The position numbers were made by a program, and so were the translations under genes. From contig CM075999.1 in NCBI GenBank assembly GCA_038087875.1, forward strand, positions 746,001 through 810,000: DNA of 64,000 bases, in the 5' to 3' direction. The DNA comes from Malacoraja senta. Lineage: Eukaryota. Each line of letters opens with the position of its first letter. Within the stretch, counting starts at the first letter, position 1. Below are positions 15,501 through 30,500 of the stretch, one piece after another. The notes beneath the pieces were generated by a model. The model was not told the DNA's origin. It was given only the letters and a program-made list of their open reading frames with translations, and ran no database searches.

Positions 15501-18500
15501 AACAGAAGCTACCACCACCTTCACGACCACACCACTTACAACCACTGGTGAGTCCAGAATGCTACAGTAAGGCAAAATAAATTTGTTCCTTCCACGTCCA
15601 GTGAACAAGAATCATTACAATAGAACAAGTTAACATGGATTGGCCATGTGTGTTCCATGGCATATACTGTTGCATATCTTCTGTCAAAAACACCACAGAT
15701 TTTTTTTCCAAATTCTTTGGTCGCTAGAAATCAAATGCGGTCTACTTTCCAGAATATTTAAGAAAATTATCATGTTCATACAAAAAAAAGCAAAATTGTA
15801 GTACAATACATTTTCTGCTCTCATGACTTCAGTCTTTAAATTTGCCTGAATCAAAAATCTCCACCTTTCCAGAAACCACTGTACCATCTACAAGTACAGA
15901 GGCTACTACAACAGCTTCAAGCACCACAACAGTTCCCACATCAACGATAATAGAAACAACTACAGGCAGCACAAGTGCACCTACAACAGAAGCTACCACC
16001 ACCTTCACGACCACACCACTTACAACCACTGGTGAGTCCGGTATGCAAGAGAAATGCAAAATAAATATGTTCCTTACACATCCAGTGAATAAGAATCATG
16101 ACAATAGAACAAGTTAACACGGATTGCGCATGTGTGTTACATGCAATATACTGTTGCATATCTTCTGTCAAAAACACCACAGATTTTGTTTCCAAACTCT
16201 TTGGTCCCTTGAAAACAAATGCGGCCTACTAGCCAGAATATTCCACAAATTATCACGTTGATACAAAAAGATGCAAAATTACAATTCAATGCATTTTCTG
16301 CCCTTAAGATTCCAGTCTTTAAATTTACCTGAACTTAAAATCGGCACTTTTCCAGAAACCACTGTACCAGTAGAATAAGTTAATATGTGATCGCCATTTA
16401 TTTCCATGACAAATGCTGCTGGCATATCTTCTGTCAAAAACCGCACACGTGATGTATCCAAGTTCTTTGGTACCTTGAAAACACATGCGGCCTACTTCCC
16501 AGTATAGTCAAGAACATTATCACGTTGATACAAAAAAATCCCAAATTGAAGTTCAATATATTTTCTCCCCGAAAGACTCCAGTCTTTAAATTTACTTGAA
16601 CCTAAAATCTCCACCTTTCCAGAAACCACTGTACCATCTACAAGCACAGAGGCAACTACAACAGCTTCAAGCTCCACATCAGTTCCCACATCAACGACAA
16701 TAGAAACAACTACAGGCAGCACAAGTGCACCTACAACAGAAGCTACCACCACCTTCACGACCACACCACTTACAACCACTGGTGAGTCCAGAATGCTACA
16801 GTAAGGCAAAATAAATGTGTTCCTTACACATCCAGTGAATAAGAATCATTTCAATAGAACAAGTTAACATGGATTGGCCATGTGTGTTCCATGGCATATA
16901 CTGTTGCATATCTTCTGTCAAAAACACCACAGATTTTTTCCCCAAATTCTTTGGTCCCTAGAAAACAAATGGGGCCCACTTCCCAGAGTATTCAAGAAAA
17001 TTATCATGTTGATATTAAAAAAAAGCAAAATTGTAGTTCAATACATTTTCTGCTCTCATGACTTCAGTCTTTAAATTTGCCTGAATCAAAAATCTCCACC
17101 TTTCCAGAAACCACTGCACCATCTACAAGTACAGAGGCAACTACAACAGCTTCAAGCACCACATCAGTTCCCACATCAACGACAATAGAAACAACTACAG
17201 GCAGCACAAGTGCACCTACAACAGAAGCTACCACCACCTTCACGACCACACCACTTACAACCACTGGTGAGTCCGGTATGCAAGAGAAATGCAAAATAAA
17301 TATGTTCCTTACACATCCAGTCAATAAGAATCATTACAATAGAACAAGTTAACATGGATTGGCCATGTGTGTTCCATGGCATATACTGTTGCATATCGTC
17401 TGTCAAAAACACCACAGATTTTTTTTCCAAATTCTTTGGTCGCTAGAAATCAAATGCGGTCTACTTTCCAGAATATTTAAGAAAATTATCATGTTCATAC
17501 AAAAAAAAGCAAAATTGTAGTACAATACATTTTCTGCTCTCATGACTTCAGTCTTTAAATTTGCCTGAATCAAAAATCTCCACCTTTCCAGAAACCACTG
17601 TACCATCTACAAGTACAGAGGCTACTACAACAGCTTCAAGCACCACAACAGTTCCCACATCAACGATAATAGAAACAACTACAGGCAGCACAAGTGCACC
17701 TACAACAGAAGCTACCACCACCTTCACGACCACACCACTTACAACCACTGGTGAGTCCGGTATGCAAGAGAAATGCAAAATAAATATGTTCCTTACACAT
17801 CCAGTGAATAAGAATCATTACAATAGAACAAGTTAACACGGATTGCGCATGTGTGTTACATGCAATATACTGTTGCATATCTTCTGTCAAAAACACCACA
17901 GATTTTGTTTCCAAACTCTTTGGTCCCTTTAAAACAAATGCGGCCTACTAGCCAGAATATTCCACAAATTATCACGTTGATACAAAAAGATGCAAAATTA
18001 CAATTCAATGCATTTTCTGCCCTTAAGATTCCAGTCTTTAAATTTACCTGAACTTAAAATCGGCACTTTTCCAGAAACCACTGTACCAGTAGAATAAGTT
18101 AATATGTGATCGCCATTTATTTCCATGACAAATGCTGCTGGCATATCTTCTGTCAAAAACCGCACACGTGATGTATCCAAGTTCTTTGGTACCTTGAAAA
18201 CACATGCGGCCTACTTCCCAGTATAGTCAAGAACATTATCACGTTGATACAAAAAAATCCCAAATTGAAGTTCAATATATTTTCTCCCCGAAAGACTCCA
18301 GTCTTTAAATTTACTTGAACCTAAAATCTCCACCTTTCCAGAAACCACTGTACCATCTACAAGCACAGAGGCAACTACAACAGCTTCAAGCTCCACATCA
18401 GTTCCCACATCAACGACAATAGAAACAACTACAGGCAGCACAAGTGCACTTACAACAGAAGCTACCACCACCTTCACGACCACACCACTTACAACCACTG

Positions 18501-21500
18501 GTGAGTCCAGAATGCTACAGTAAGGCAAAATAAATGTTTTCCTTACACATCCAGTGAATAAGAATCATTTCAATAGAACAAGTTAACATGGATTGGCCAT
18601 GTGTGTTCCATGGCATATACTGTTGCATATCTTCTGTCAAAAACACCACAGATTTTTTCCCCAAATTCTTTGGTCCCTAGAAAATAAATGGGGCCCACTT
18701 CCCAGAGTATTCAAGAAAATTATCATGTTGATATTAAAAAAAAGCAAAATTGTAGTTCAATACATTTTCTGCTCTCATGACTTCAGTCTTTAAATTTGCC
18801 TGAATCAAAAATCTCCACCTTTCCAGAAACCGCTGTACCACCTACAAGTACAGAGGCTACTACAACAGCTTCAAGCACCACAACAGTTCCCACATCAACG
18901 ACAATAGAAACAACTACAGGCAGCACAAGTGCACCTACAACTGAAGCTACCACCACCTTCACGACCACACCACTTACAACCACTGGTGAGTCCGGTATGC
19001 AAGAGAAATGCAAAATAAATATGTTCCTTACACATCCAGTGAATAAGAATCATTACAATAGAACAAGTTAACACGGATTGGCCATGTGTGTTCCATGGCA
19101 TATACTGTTACATATCTTCTGTCAAAAACACCACAGATTTTGTTTCCAAACACTTTGGTCCCTTGAAAACAAATGCGGCCTACTGCCCAGAATATTCCAC
19201 AAATTATCATGTTGATATTAAAAAAAAGCAAAATTGTAGTTCAATACATTTTCTGGTCTCATGACTTCACTCTTTAAATTTGCCTGAATCAAAAATCTCC
19301 ACCTTTCCAGAAACCACTGTACCATCTACAAGTACAGAGGCAACTACAACAGCTTCAAGCACCACATCAGTTCCCACATCAACGACAATAGAAACAACTA
19401 CCGGCAGCACAAGTGCATCTACAACAGAAGCTACCACCACCTTCACGACCACACCACTAACAACCACTGGTGAGTCCAGAATGCTACAATAAGGCAAAAA
19501 TAAATTTGTTCCTTCCACGTCCAGTGAACAAGAATCATTACAATAGAACAAGTTAACATGGATTGGCCATGTGTGTTCCATGGCATACACTGTTGCATAT
19601 ATACCACCACCTTCATGTCCACACCACTTACAACCACTGGTGAGTCCATTATGCCAGAATAATGCAAAAATAAATCTGTTCCTTACTCATCCAGCGAATA
19701 AGAATCATTGCAAATCGAACAAGTTAACATGTATATGCCATATGACCTATGCTGCTGGCATATCTTCTGTCAAAATGAGCATACATGATGTTTCCAAATT
19801 CTTCGATCTTTTGAAAACACTTGTGGTCTACTTCCCAGAATATTGAACAAATGATCATGTTGATATAAAAAGACGCTAAATTAGAATTCAATACATTTTG
19901 TGCCCTTAAGATTCCAGTCCTTAAATTTAACTGAATCAAAAATCTCCACCTTTCCAGAAACCACTGTACCATCTACAAGTACAGAGGCTACTATTTTCTG
20001 TCAAAAACACCACAGATTTTCCAAACTATTTGGTCCCTTGAAAACAAATGCGGCATTCTGCCCAGAATATTCCACAAATTACCACATTGATACAAAAAGA
20101 TGAAAATTTCAATTCAATGCATTTCCTGCCCTTAAGATTCCTGTCTTTAAATTTACCTGAACCTAACATCTCCACATTTCCAGAAACCACTGTACCAATA
20201 GAATAAGTTAATATGTAATTGCCAAATATATTCCATGACAAATGCTGCTGGCAGATCTTCTGTCAAAAAACGCACACGTGATGTTTGCAAATTCTATCGT
20301 ACCTTGAGAACACATGCGGCCTACTTCCCAGAATAGTCAAGAACATTATCACGTTGACACAAAAAAAAACCAAAATTGTAGTTCAATGTATTTTCTCCCC
20401 GAAAGACGCCAGTCTTTAAATTTACTTGAACCTAAAATCTCCACCTTTCCAGAAACCACTGTACCATCTACAAGTACAGAAGCAACTACAACAGCTTCAA
20501 GCACCACATCGGTTCCCATATCAGCGGCAATAGAAACAACTACAGGCAGCTCAAGTGTATCTACAACAGAAGCTACCACCACCTTCACGTCCACACCACT
20601 TACAACCACTGGTGAGTCCATTATGCCAGAGTAATGCAAAAATAAATCTGTTCCTTACACATCCAGCGAATAAGAATCATTGCAAATCGAACAAGTTAAC
20701 ATGTATATGCCATATCACCTATGCTGCTGGCATATCTTCTGTCAAAAACAGCATACATGATGTTTCCAAATTCTTCGATCTTTTGAAAACACTTGTGGTC
20801 TACTTCCCAGAATATTCAATAAATGATCATGTTGATATAAAAAGACGCTAAATTAGAATTCAATACATTTTGTGCCCTTAAGATTCCAGTCCTTAAATTT
20901 ACCTGAATCAAAAATCTCCACCTTTCCAGAAACCACTGTACCATCTACAAGTACAGAGGCTACTACAACAGCTTCAAGCACCACAACAGTTCTCACATCA
21001 ACGACAATAGAAACAACAACAGGCAGCACAAGTGCTTCTTCAACAGAAGCTACCACCACCTTCACGACCACACCACTTACAACCACTGGTGAGTCCGGTA
21101 TGCAAGAGAAATGCAAAATAAATATGTTCCTTACACATCCAGTGAATAAGCATAATTACAGTAACACAAGTTAACATGGATTGGTCATGTGTGTTCCATG
21201 GCATATTTTGTTGGCATATCTTCTGTCAAAAACACCACAAATTTTTTTTCCAAATTCTTTGGTCCCTTGAAAACAAATGTGGCCCACTTCCCAGAGGATT
21301 CAAGAAAATTATCATGTTGATATTAAAAAAAAAGCAAAATTGCAGTTCAATACATTTTCTGCTCTCATGACTTCAGTCTTTAAATTTGCCTGAATCAAAA
21401 ATCTCCACCTTTCCAGAAACCACTGTACCATCTACAAGTACAGAGGCAACTACAACAGCTTCAAGCACCACATCAGTTCCCACATCAACGACAATAGAAA

Positions 21501-24500
21501 CAACTACAGGCAGCACAAGTGCACCTACAACAGAAGCTACCACCACCTTCACGACCACACCACTTACAACCACTGGTGAGTCCAGAATGCTACAGTAAGG
21601 CAAAATAAATGTGTTCCTTACACATCCAGTGAATAAGAATCATTTCAATAGAACAAGTTAACATGGATTGGCCATGTGTGTTCCATGGCATATACTGTTG
21701 CATATCTTCTGTCAAAAACACCACAGATTTTTTTTCCAAATTCTTTGGTCCCTAGAAATCAAATGCGGTCTACTTTCCAGAATATTCAAGAAAATTATCA
21801 TGTTGATATTAAAAAAAAGCAAAATTGTAGTTCAATACATTTTCTGGTCTCATGACTTCAGTCTTTCAATTTGCCTGAATCAAAAATCTCCACCTTTCCA
21901 GAAACCACTGTACCATCTACAAGTACAGAGGCAACTACAACAGCTTCAAGCACCACATCAGTTCCCACATCAACGACAATAGTAACAACTACCGGCAGCA
22001 CAAGTGCATTCTTTCGTACCTTGAGAACACATGCAGCCTACTTCCCAGAATAGTCAAGAACATTATCACGTTGAGACAAAAAAAATCAAAAATTGTAGTT
22101 CAATGTATTTTCTCCCCGAAAGACGCCAGTCTTTAAATTTACTTGAACCTAAAATCTCCACCTTTCCAGAAACCACTGTACCATCTACAAGTACAGAAGC
22201 AACTACAACAGCATCAAGCACCACATCGGTTCCCATATCTGCGGCAATAGAAACAACTACAGGCAGCTCAAGTGTATCTACAACAGAAGCTACCACCACC
22301 TTCACGTCCACACCACTTACAACCACTGGTGAGTCCATTATGCCAGAGTAATGCAAAAATAAATCTGTTCCTTACACATCCAGCAAATAAGAATCATTGC
22401 AAATCGAGCAAGTTAACATGTATATGCCATATCACCTATGCTGCTGGCATATCTTCTGTCAAAAAAAAATATCTTCTGTCTTTTGAAAACACTTGTGGTC
22501 TACTTCCCAGAATATACAACAAATGATCAAGTTGATATAAAAAGACGCTAAATTAGAATTCAATACATTTTGTGCCCTTAAGATTCCAGTCATTAAATTT
22601 ACCTGAATCAAAAATCTCCACCTTTCCAGAAACCACTGTACCATCTACAAGTACAGAGGCTACTACAACAGCTTCAAGCACCACAACAGTTCTCACATCA
22701 ACGACAATAGAAACAACAACAGGCAGCACAAGTGCTTCTTCAACAGAAGCTACCACCACCTTCACGACCACACCACTTACAACCACTGGTGAGTCTGGTA
22801 TGCAAGAGAAATGAAAAATAAATATGTTCCTTACACATCCAGTGAATAAGAATAATTACAGTAACACAAGTTAACATGGATTGGTCATGTGTGTTCCATG
22901 GCATATTTTGTTGGCATATCTTCTGTCAAAAACACCACAGATTTTTTTTCCAAATTCTTTGGTCCCTTGAACACAAATGTGGTCTACTTTCCAGAATATT
23001 TTGAGAAAATTATCATGTTGATACAAAAAAAAGCAAAATTGCAGTTCAATACATTTTCTGCCCTCCTGACCTCTGTCTTTAAATTTGCCTGAATCAAAAA
23101 TCTCCACCTTTCCAGAAACCACTGTACCATCTGCAAGTACGGAGGTTGCTACAACAGCTTCAAGCACCACAACAGTTCCCACATCAACGACAATAGAAAC
23201 AACTACAGGCAGCACAAGTGCTTCTTCAACAGAAGCTACCACCAGCTTCACGACCACACCACTTACAACCACTGGTGAGTGCAGAATGCTACAGTAAGGC
23301 AAAATAAATGTATTCCTTACACATCCAGTGAACAAGAATCATTACAATAGAACAAGTTAACACGGATTGGCCATGTGTGTTCCATGGCATAAACTGTTGC
23401 ATATGTTCTGTCAAAAACACCACATATTTTGTTTCCAAACTCTTTGGTCCCTTGAAAACAAATGCGGCCTACTAGCCAGAATATTCCACAAATTATCACG
23501 TTGATACAAAAAGATGCAAAATTACAATTGAATGCATTTTCTGCCCTTAAGATTCCAGTCTTTAAATTTAACTGAACCTAAAATCGGCACATTTCCAGAA
23601 ACCACTGTACCAGTAGAATAAGTTAATATGTAATCGCCATATATATTCCATGACAAATGCTGCTGGCATATCTTCTGTCAAAAACCGCACACGTGATGTT
23701 TCCAAATTCTTTGGTACCTTGAAAACACATGCGGCCTACTTCCCAGAACAGTCAAGAACATTATCACGTTGATACCAAAAAATCCCAAATTGTAGTTCAA
23801 TGTATTTTCTCCCAGAAAGACTCCAGTCTTTAAATTTACTTGAACCTAAAATCTCCACCTTTCCAGAAACCACTGTACCATCTACAAGCACAGAGGCAAC
23901 AACAACAGCTTCAAGCACCACATCAGTTCCCACATCAATGACAATAGAAACAACTGCAGGCAGCACAAGTGCACCTACAACAGAAGCTACCACCACCTTC
24001 ACGACCACACCACTTACAACCACTGGTGAGACCGGTATGCAAGAGAAATGCAAAATAAATATGTTCCTTACACATCCAGTGAATAAGAATCATTACAATA
24101 GAACAAGTTAACACGGATTGGCCATGTGTGTTCCATGGCTTATACTGTTGCATATCTTCTGTCAAAAACACCACACATTTTTTTTCCAAATTCTTTGGTC
24201 GCTAGAAATCAAATGCGGTCTACTTTCCAGAATATTTAAGAAAATTATCATGTTCATACAAAAAAAAGCAAAATTGTAGTACAATACATTTTCTGCTCTC
24301 ATGACTTCAGTCTTTAAATTTGCCTGAATCAAAAATCTCCACCTTTCCAGAAACCACTGTACCATCTACAAATACAGAGGCTACTACAACAGCTTCAAGC
24401 ACCACAACAGTTCCCACATCAACGATAATAGAAACAACTACAGGCAGCACAAGTGCACCTACAACAGAAGCTATCACCACCTTCACGACCACACCACTTA

Positions 24501-27500
24501 CAACCACTGGTGAGTCCAGAATGCTACAGTAAGGCAAAATAAATGTGTTCCTTACACATCCAGTGAATAAGAATCATTTCAATAGAACAAGTTAACATGG
24601 ATTGGCCATGTGTGTTGCATGGCATATACTGTTGCATATCTTCTGTCAAAAACACCACCGATTTTTTCCCCAAATTCTTTGGTCCCTAGAAAACAAATGG
24701 GGCCCACTTCCCAGAGTATTCAAGAAAATTATCATGTTGATATTAAAAAAAAAGCAAAATTGTAGTTCAATACATTTTCTGCTCTCATGACTTCAGTCTT
24801 TAAATTTGCCTGAATCAAAAATCTCCACCTTTCCAGAAACCACTGTACCATCTACAAGTACAGAGGCAACTACAACAGCTTCAAGCACCACATCAGTTCC
24901 CACATCAACGACAATAGAAACAACTACAGGCAGCACAAGTGCACCTACAACAGAAGCTACCACCACCTTCACGACCACACCACTTACAACCACTGGTGAG
25001 TCCGGTATGCAAGAGAAATGCAAAATAAATATGTTCCTTACACATCCAGTGAATAAGAATCATTACAATAGAACAAGTTAACACGGATTGGCCATGTGTG
25101 TTCCAAGGCATATACTGTTGTATATCTTCTGTCAAAAACACCACAGATTTTGTTTCCAAACACTTTGGTCCCTTGAAAACAAATGCGGCCTACTAGCCAG
25201 AATATTCCACAAATTATCACGTTGATACAAAAAGATGCAAAATTACAATTCAATGCATTTTCTGCGCTTAAGATTCCAGTCTTTAAATTTACCTGAACCT
25301 AAAATCAGCACATTTCCAGAAACCACTGTACCAGTAGAATAAGTTAATATGTAATCGCCATTTATTTCCATGACAAATGCTGCTGGCATATCTTCTGTCA
25401 AAACCGCACACGTGATGTTTCCAAATTCTTTGGTACCTTGAAAACACATGCGGCCTACTTCCCAGAACAGTCAAGAACATTATAACGTTGATACCAAAAA
25501 ATCCCAAATTGTAGTTCAATGTATTTTCTCCCCGAAAGACTCCAGTCTTTAAATTTACTTGAACCTAAAATCTCCACCTTTCCAGAAACCACTGTACCAT
25601 CTACAAGCACAGAGGCAACAACAACAGCTTCAAGCACCACATCAGTTCCCACATCAACGACAATAGAAACAACTGCAGTCAGCACAAGTGCTTCTTCAGC
25701 AGAAGCTACCACCACCTTCACGACCACACCACTTACAACCACTGGTGAGTCCAGAATGCTACAGTAAGGCAAAATAAATTTGTTCCTTCCACGTCCAGTG
25801 AACAAGAATCATTACAATAGAACAAGTTAACATGGATTGGCCATGTGTGTTCCATGGCATATACTGTTGCATATCTTCTGTCAAAAACACCACAGATTTT
25901 TTTTCCAAATTCTTTGGTCCCTAGAAATCAAATCCGGTCTACTTTCCAGAATATTTAAGAAAATTATCATGTTGATACAAAAAAAAGCAAAATTGTAGTA
26001 CAATACATTTTCTGCTCTCATGACTTCAGTCTTTAAATTTGCCTGAATCAAAAATCTCCACCTTTCCAGAAACCACTGTACCATCTACAAGTACAGAGGC
26101 TACTACAACAGCTTCAAGCACCACAACAGTTCCCACATCAACGACAATAGAAACAGCTACAGGCAGCACAAGTGCACCTACAACAGAAACTACCACCACC
26201 TTCACAACCACACCACTTACAATCACTGGTGAGTCTGGTATGCAAGAGAAATGCAAAATAAATATGTTCCTTACACATCCAGTGAACAAGAATCATTACA
26301 ATAGAACAAGTTAACACGGATTGGCCATGTGTGTTCCATGGCATATACTGTTGCATATCTTCTGTCAAAAACACCACAGATTTTTTTTCCAAATTCTTTG
26401 GTCCCTTGAAAACAAATGTGGTCTACTTTCCAGAATATTTAAGAAAATTATCATGTTGATACAAAAAAAAGCAAAATTGCAGTTCAATACATTTTCTGCC
26501 CTCCTGACCTCTGTCTTTAAATTTGCCTGAATCAAAAATCTCCACCTTTCCAGAAACCACTGTACCATCTACAAGTACAGAGGCAACTACAACAGCTTCA
26601 AGCACCACATCAGTTCCCACATCAACGACAATAGAAACAACTACCGGCAGCACAAGTGCATCTACAACAGAAGCTACCACCACCTTCACGACCACACCAC
26701 TAACAACCACTGGTGAGTCCAGAATGCTACAATAAGGCAAAAATAAATTTGTTCCTTCCACGTCCAGTGAACAAGAATCATTACAATAGAACAAGTTAAC
26801 ATGGATTGGCCATGTGTGTTCCATGGCATACACTGTTGCATATTTTCTGTCAAAAACACCACAGATTTTGTTTCCAAACTATTTGGTCCCTTGAAAACAA
26901 ATGCGGCATTCTGCCCAGAATATTCCACAAATTATCACATTGATACAAAAAGATGAAAATTTCAATTCAATGCATTTTCTGCCCATAAGATTCCTGTCTT
27001 TAAATTTACCTGAATCTAACATCTCCACATTTCCAGAAACCACTGTACCAATAGAATAAGTTAATATGTAATTGCCAAATATATTCCATGACAAATGCTG
27101 CTGGCATATCTTCTGTCAAAAAACGCACACGTGATGTTTGCAAATTCTTTTGTACCTTGAGAACACATGCGGCCTACTTCCCAGAATAGTCAAGAACATT
27201 ATCACGTTGACACAAAAAAAATCCTGAATTGTAGTTCAATGTATTTTCTCCCCGAAAGACGCCAGTCTTTAAATTTACTTGAACCTAAAATCTCCACCTT
27301 TCCAGAAACCACTGTACCATCTGCAAGTACAGAAGCAACTACAACAGCTTCAAGCACCAAATCGGTTCCCATATCAGCGGCAATAGAAACAACTACAGGC
27401 AGCTCAAGTGTATCTACAACAGAAGCTACCACCACCTTCATGTCCACACCACTTACAACCACTGGTGAGTCCATTATGCCAGAATAATGCAAAAATAAAT

Positions 27501-30500
27501 CTGTTCCTTACACATCCAGCGAATAAGAATCATTGCAAATCGAACAAGTTAACATGTATATGCCATATGACCTATGCTGCTGGCATATCTTCTGTCAAAA
27601 TGAGCATACATGATGTTTCCAAATTCTTCGATCTTTTGAAAACACTTGTGGTCTACTTCCCAGAATATTCAACAAATGATCACGTTGATATAAAAAGACG
27701 CTAAATTAGAATTCAATACATTTTGTGCCCTTAAGATTCCAGTCCTTAAATTTACCTGAATCAAAAATCTCCACCTTTCCAGAAACCACTGTACCATCTA
27801 CAAGTACAGAGGCTACTACAACAGCTTCAAGCACCACAACAGTTCCCACATCAACGACAATAGAAACAACTACAGGCAGCACAACTGCTTCTTCAACAGA
27901 AGCTACCACCACCTTCACTACCACACCACTTACAACCACTGGTGAGTCCAGAATGCTACAGTAAGGCAAAATAAATGTATTCCTTACACATCCAGTGAAC
28001 AAGAATCATTACAATAGAACAAGTTAACACGGATTGGCCATGTGTGTTCCATGGCATAAACTGTTGCATATGTTCTGTCAAAAACACCACATATTTTGTT
28101 TCCAAACTCTTTGGTCCCTTGAAAACAAATGCGGCCTACCAGCCAGAATATTCCACAAATTATCACGTTGATACAAAAAGATGCAAAATTACAATTGAAT
28201 GCATTTTCTGCCCTTAAGATTCCAGTCTTTAAATTTAACTGAAACTAAAATCGGCACATTTCCAGAAACCACTGTACCAGTAGAATAAGTTAATATGTAA
28301 TCGCCATATATATTCCATGACAAATGCTGCTGGCATATCTTCTGTCAAAAACCGCACACGTGATGTTTCCAAATTCATTGGTACCTTGAAAATACATGCG
28401 GCCTACTTCCCAGAACAGTCAAGAACATTATCACGTTGATACCAAAAAATCCCAAATTGTAGTTCAATGTATTTTCTCCCAGAAAGACTCCAGTCTTTAA
28501 ATTTACTTGAACCTAAAATCTCCACCTTTCCAGAAACCACTGTACCATCTACAAGCACAGAGGCAACAACAACAGCTTCAAGCACCACATCAGTTCCCAC
28601 ATCAACGACAATAGAAACAACTACAGGCAGCACAATTGCATCTTCAACAGAAGTTACCACCACCTTCACGACCACACCACTTACAACCACTGGTGAGTCC
28701 GGTGTGCAAGAGTAATGCAAAATAAATTTGTTCCTTACACATCCAGTGAATAAGAATCATTACAGTGGAACAAGTTAATATGGATTGGCCATGTGTGTTC
28801 CATGGCATATACTGTTGCATATCTTCTGTCAAAAACACCACAGATTTTGTTTCCAAATTCTTTGGTCCCTTGAAAACAAATGTGGTCTACTTTCCAGAAT
28901 ATTTAAGAAAATTATCATGTTGATACAAAACAAAGAGCAATATTGCTGTTCAATACATTTTATGACCTCCTGGCCTCTGTCTTTAAATGTGCCTGAATCA
29001 AAAATCTCCACCTTTCCAGAAACCACTGTACCATCTACAAGTACGGAGGCTGCTATAACAGCTTCAAGCACTTCAACAGTTCCCACATCAACGACAATAG
29101 AAACAACTACAGGCAGCACAAGTGCTTCTTCAACAGAAGCTACCACCACCTTCACGACCACACCACTTACAACCACTGGTGAGTCCAGAATGCTACAGTA
29201 AGGCAAAATAAATTTGTTCCTTCCACGTCCAGTGAACAAGAATAATTACAATAGAACAAGTTAACATGGATTGGCCATGTGTGTTCCATGGCATATACTG
29301 TTGCATATCTTCTGTCAAAAACACCACAGATTTTTTTTCCAAATTCTTTGGTCGCTAGAAATCAAATGCGGTCTACTTTCCAGAATATTTAAGAAAATTA
29401 TCATGTTCATACGAAAAAAGCAAAATTGTAGTACAATACATTTTCTGCTCTCATGACTTCAGTCTTTAAATTGGCCTGAATCAAAAATCTCCACCTTTCC
29501 AGAAACCACTGTACCATCTACAAGTACAGAGGCTACTACAACAGCTTCAAGCACCACAACAGTTCCCACATCAACGACAATAGAAACAGCTACAGGCAGC
29601 ACAAGCGCACCTACAACAGAAACTACCACCTCCTTCACAACCACATCACTTACAATCACTGGTGAGTCCGGTATGCAAGAGAAATGCAAAATAAATATGT
29701 TCCTTACACATCCAGTGAACAAGAATCATTACAGTGGAACAAGTTAATATGGATTGGCCATGTGTGTTCCATGGCATATACTGTTGCATATCTTCTGTCA
29801 AAAACACCACAGATTTTTTTCCCAAATTCTTTGGTCCCTAGAAAACAAATGCGGCCTACTAGCCAGATTATCCCACAAATTATCACGTTGATACAAAAAG
29901 ATGCAAAATTACAATTCAATGCATTTTCTGCCCTTAAGATTCCAGTGTTTAAATTTAACTGAACCAAAAATCGGCACATTTCCAGAAACCACTGTACCAG
30001 GAGAATAAGTTAAAATGTAATCGTCATATATATTCCATGACAAATGCTGCTGGCATATCTTCTGTCAAAACCGCACACGTGATGTTTCCAAATTCTTTGG
30101 TACCTTGAAAACACATGCGGCCTACTTCCCAGAACAGTCAAGAACATTATAACGTTGATACCAAAAAATCCCAAATTGTAGTTCAATGTATTTTCTCCCC
30201 GAAAGACTCCAGTCTTTAAATTTACTTGAACCTAAAATCTCCACCTTTCCAGAAACCACTGTACCATCTACAAGCACAGAGGGAACAACAACAGCTTCAA
30301 GCACCACATCAGTTCCCACATCAACGACAATAGAAACAACTGCAGGCAGCACAAGTGCTTCTTCAACAGAAGCTACCACCACCTTCACGACCACACCACT
30401 TACAAACACTGGTGAGTCCAGAATGCTACAGTAAGGCAAAATAAATTTGTTCCTTCCACGTCCAGTGAACAAGAATCATTACAATAGAACAAGTTAACAT

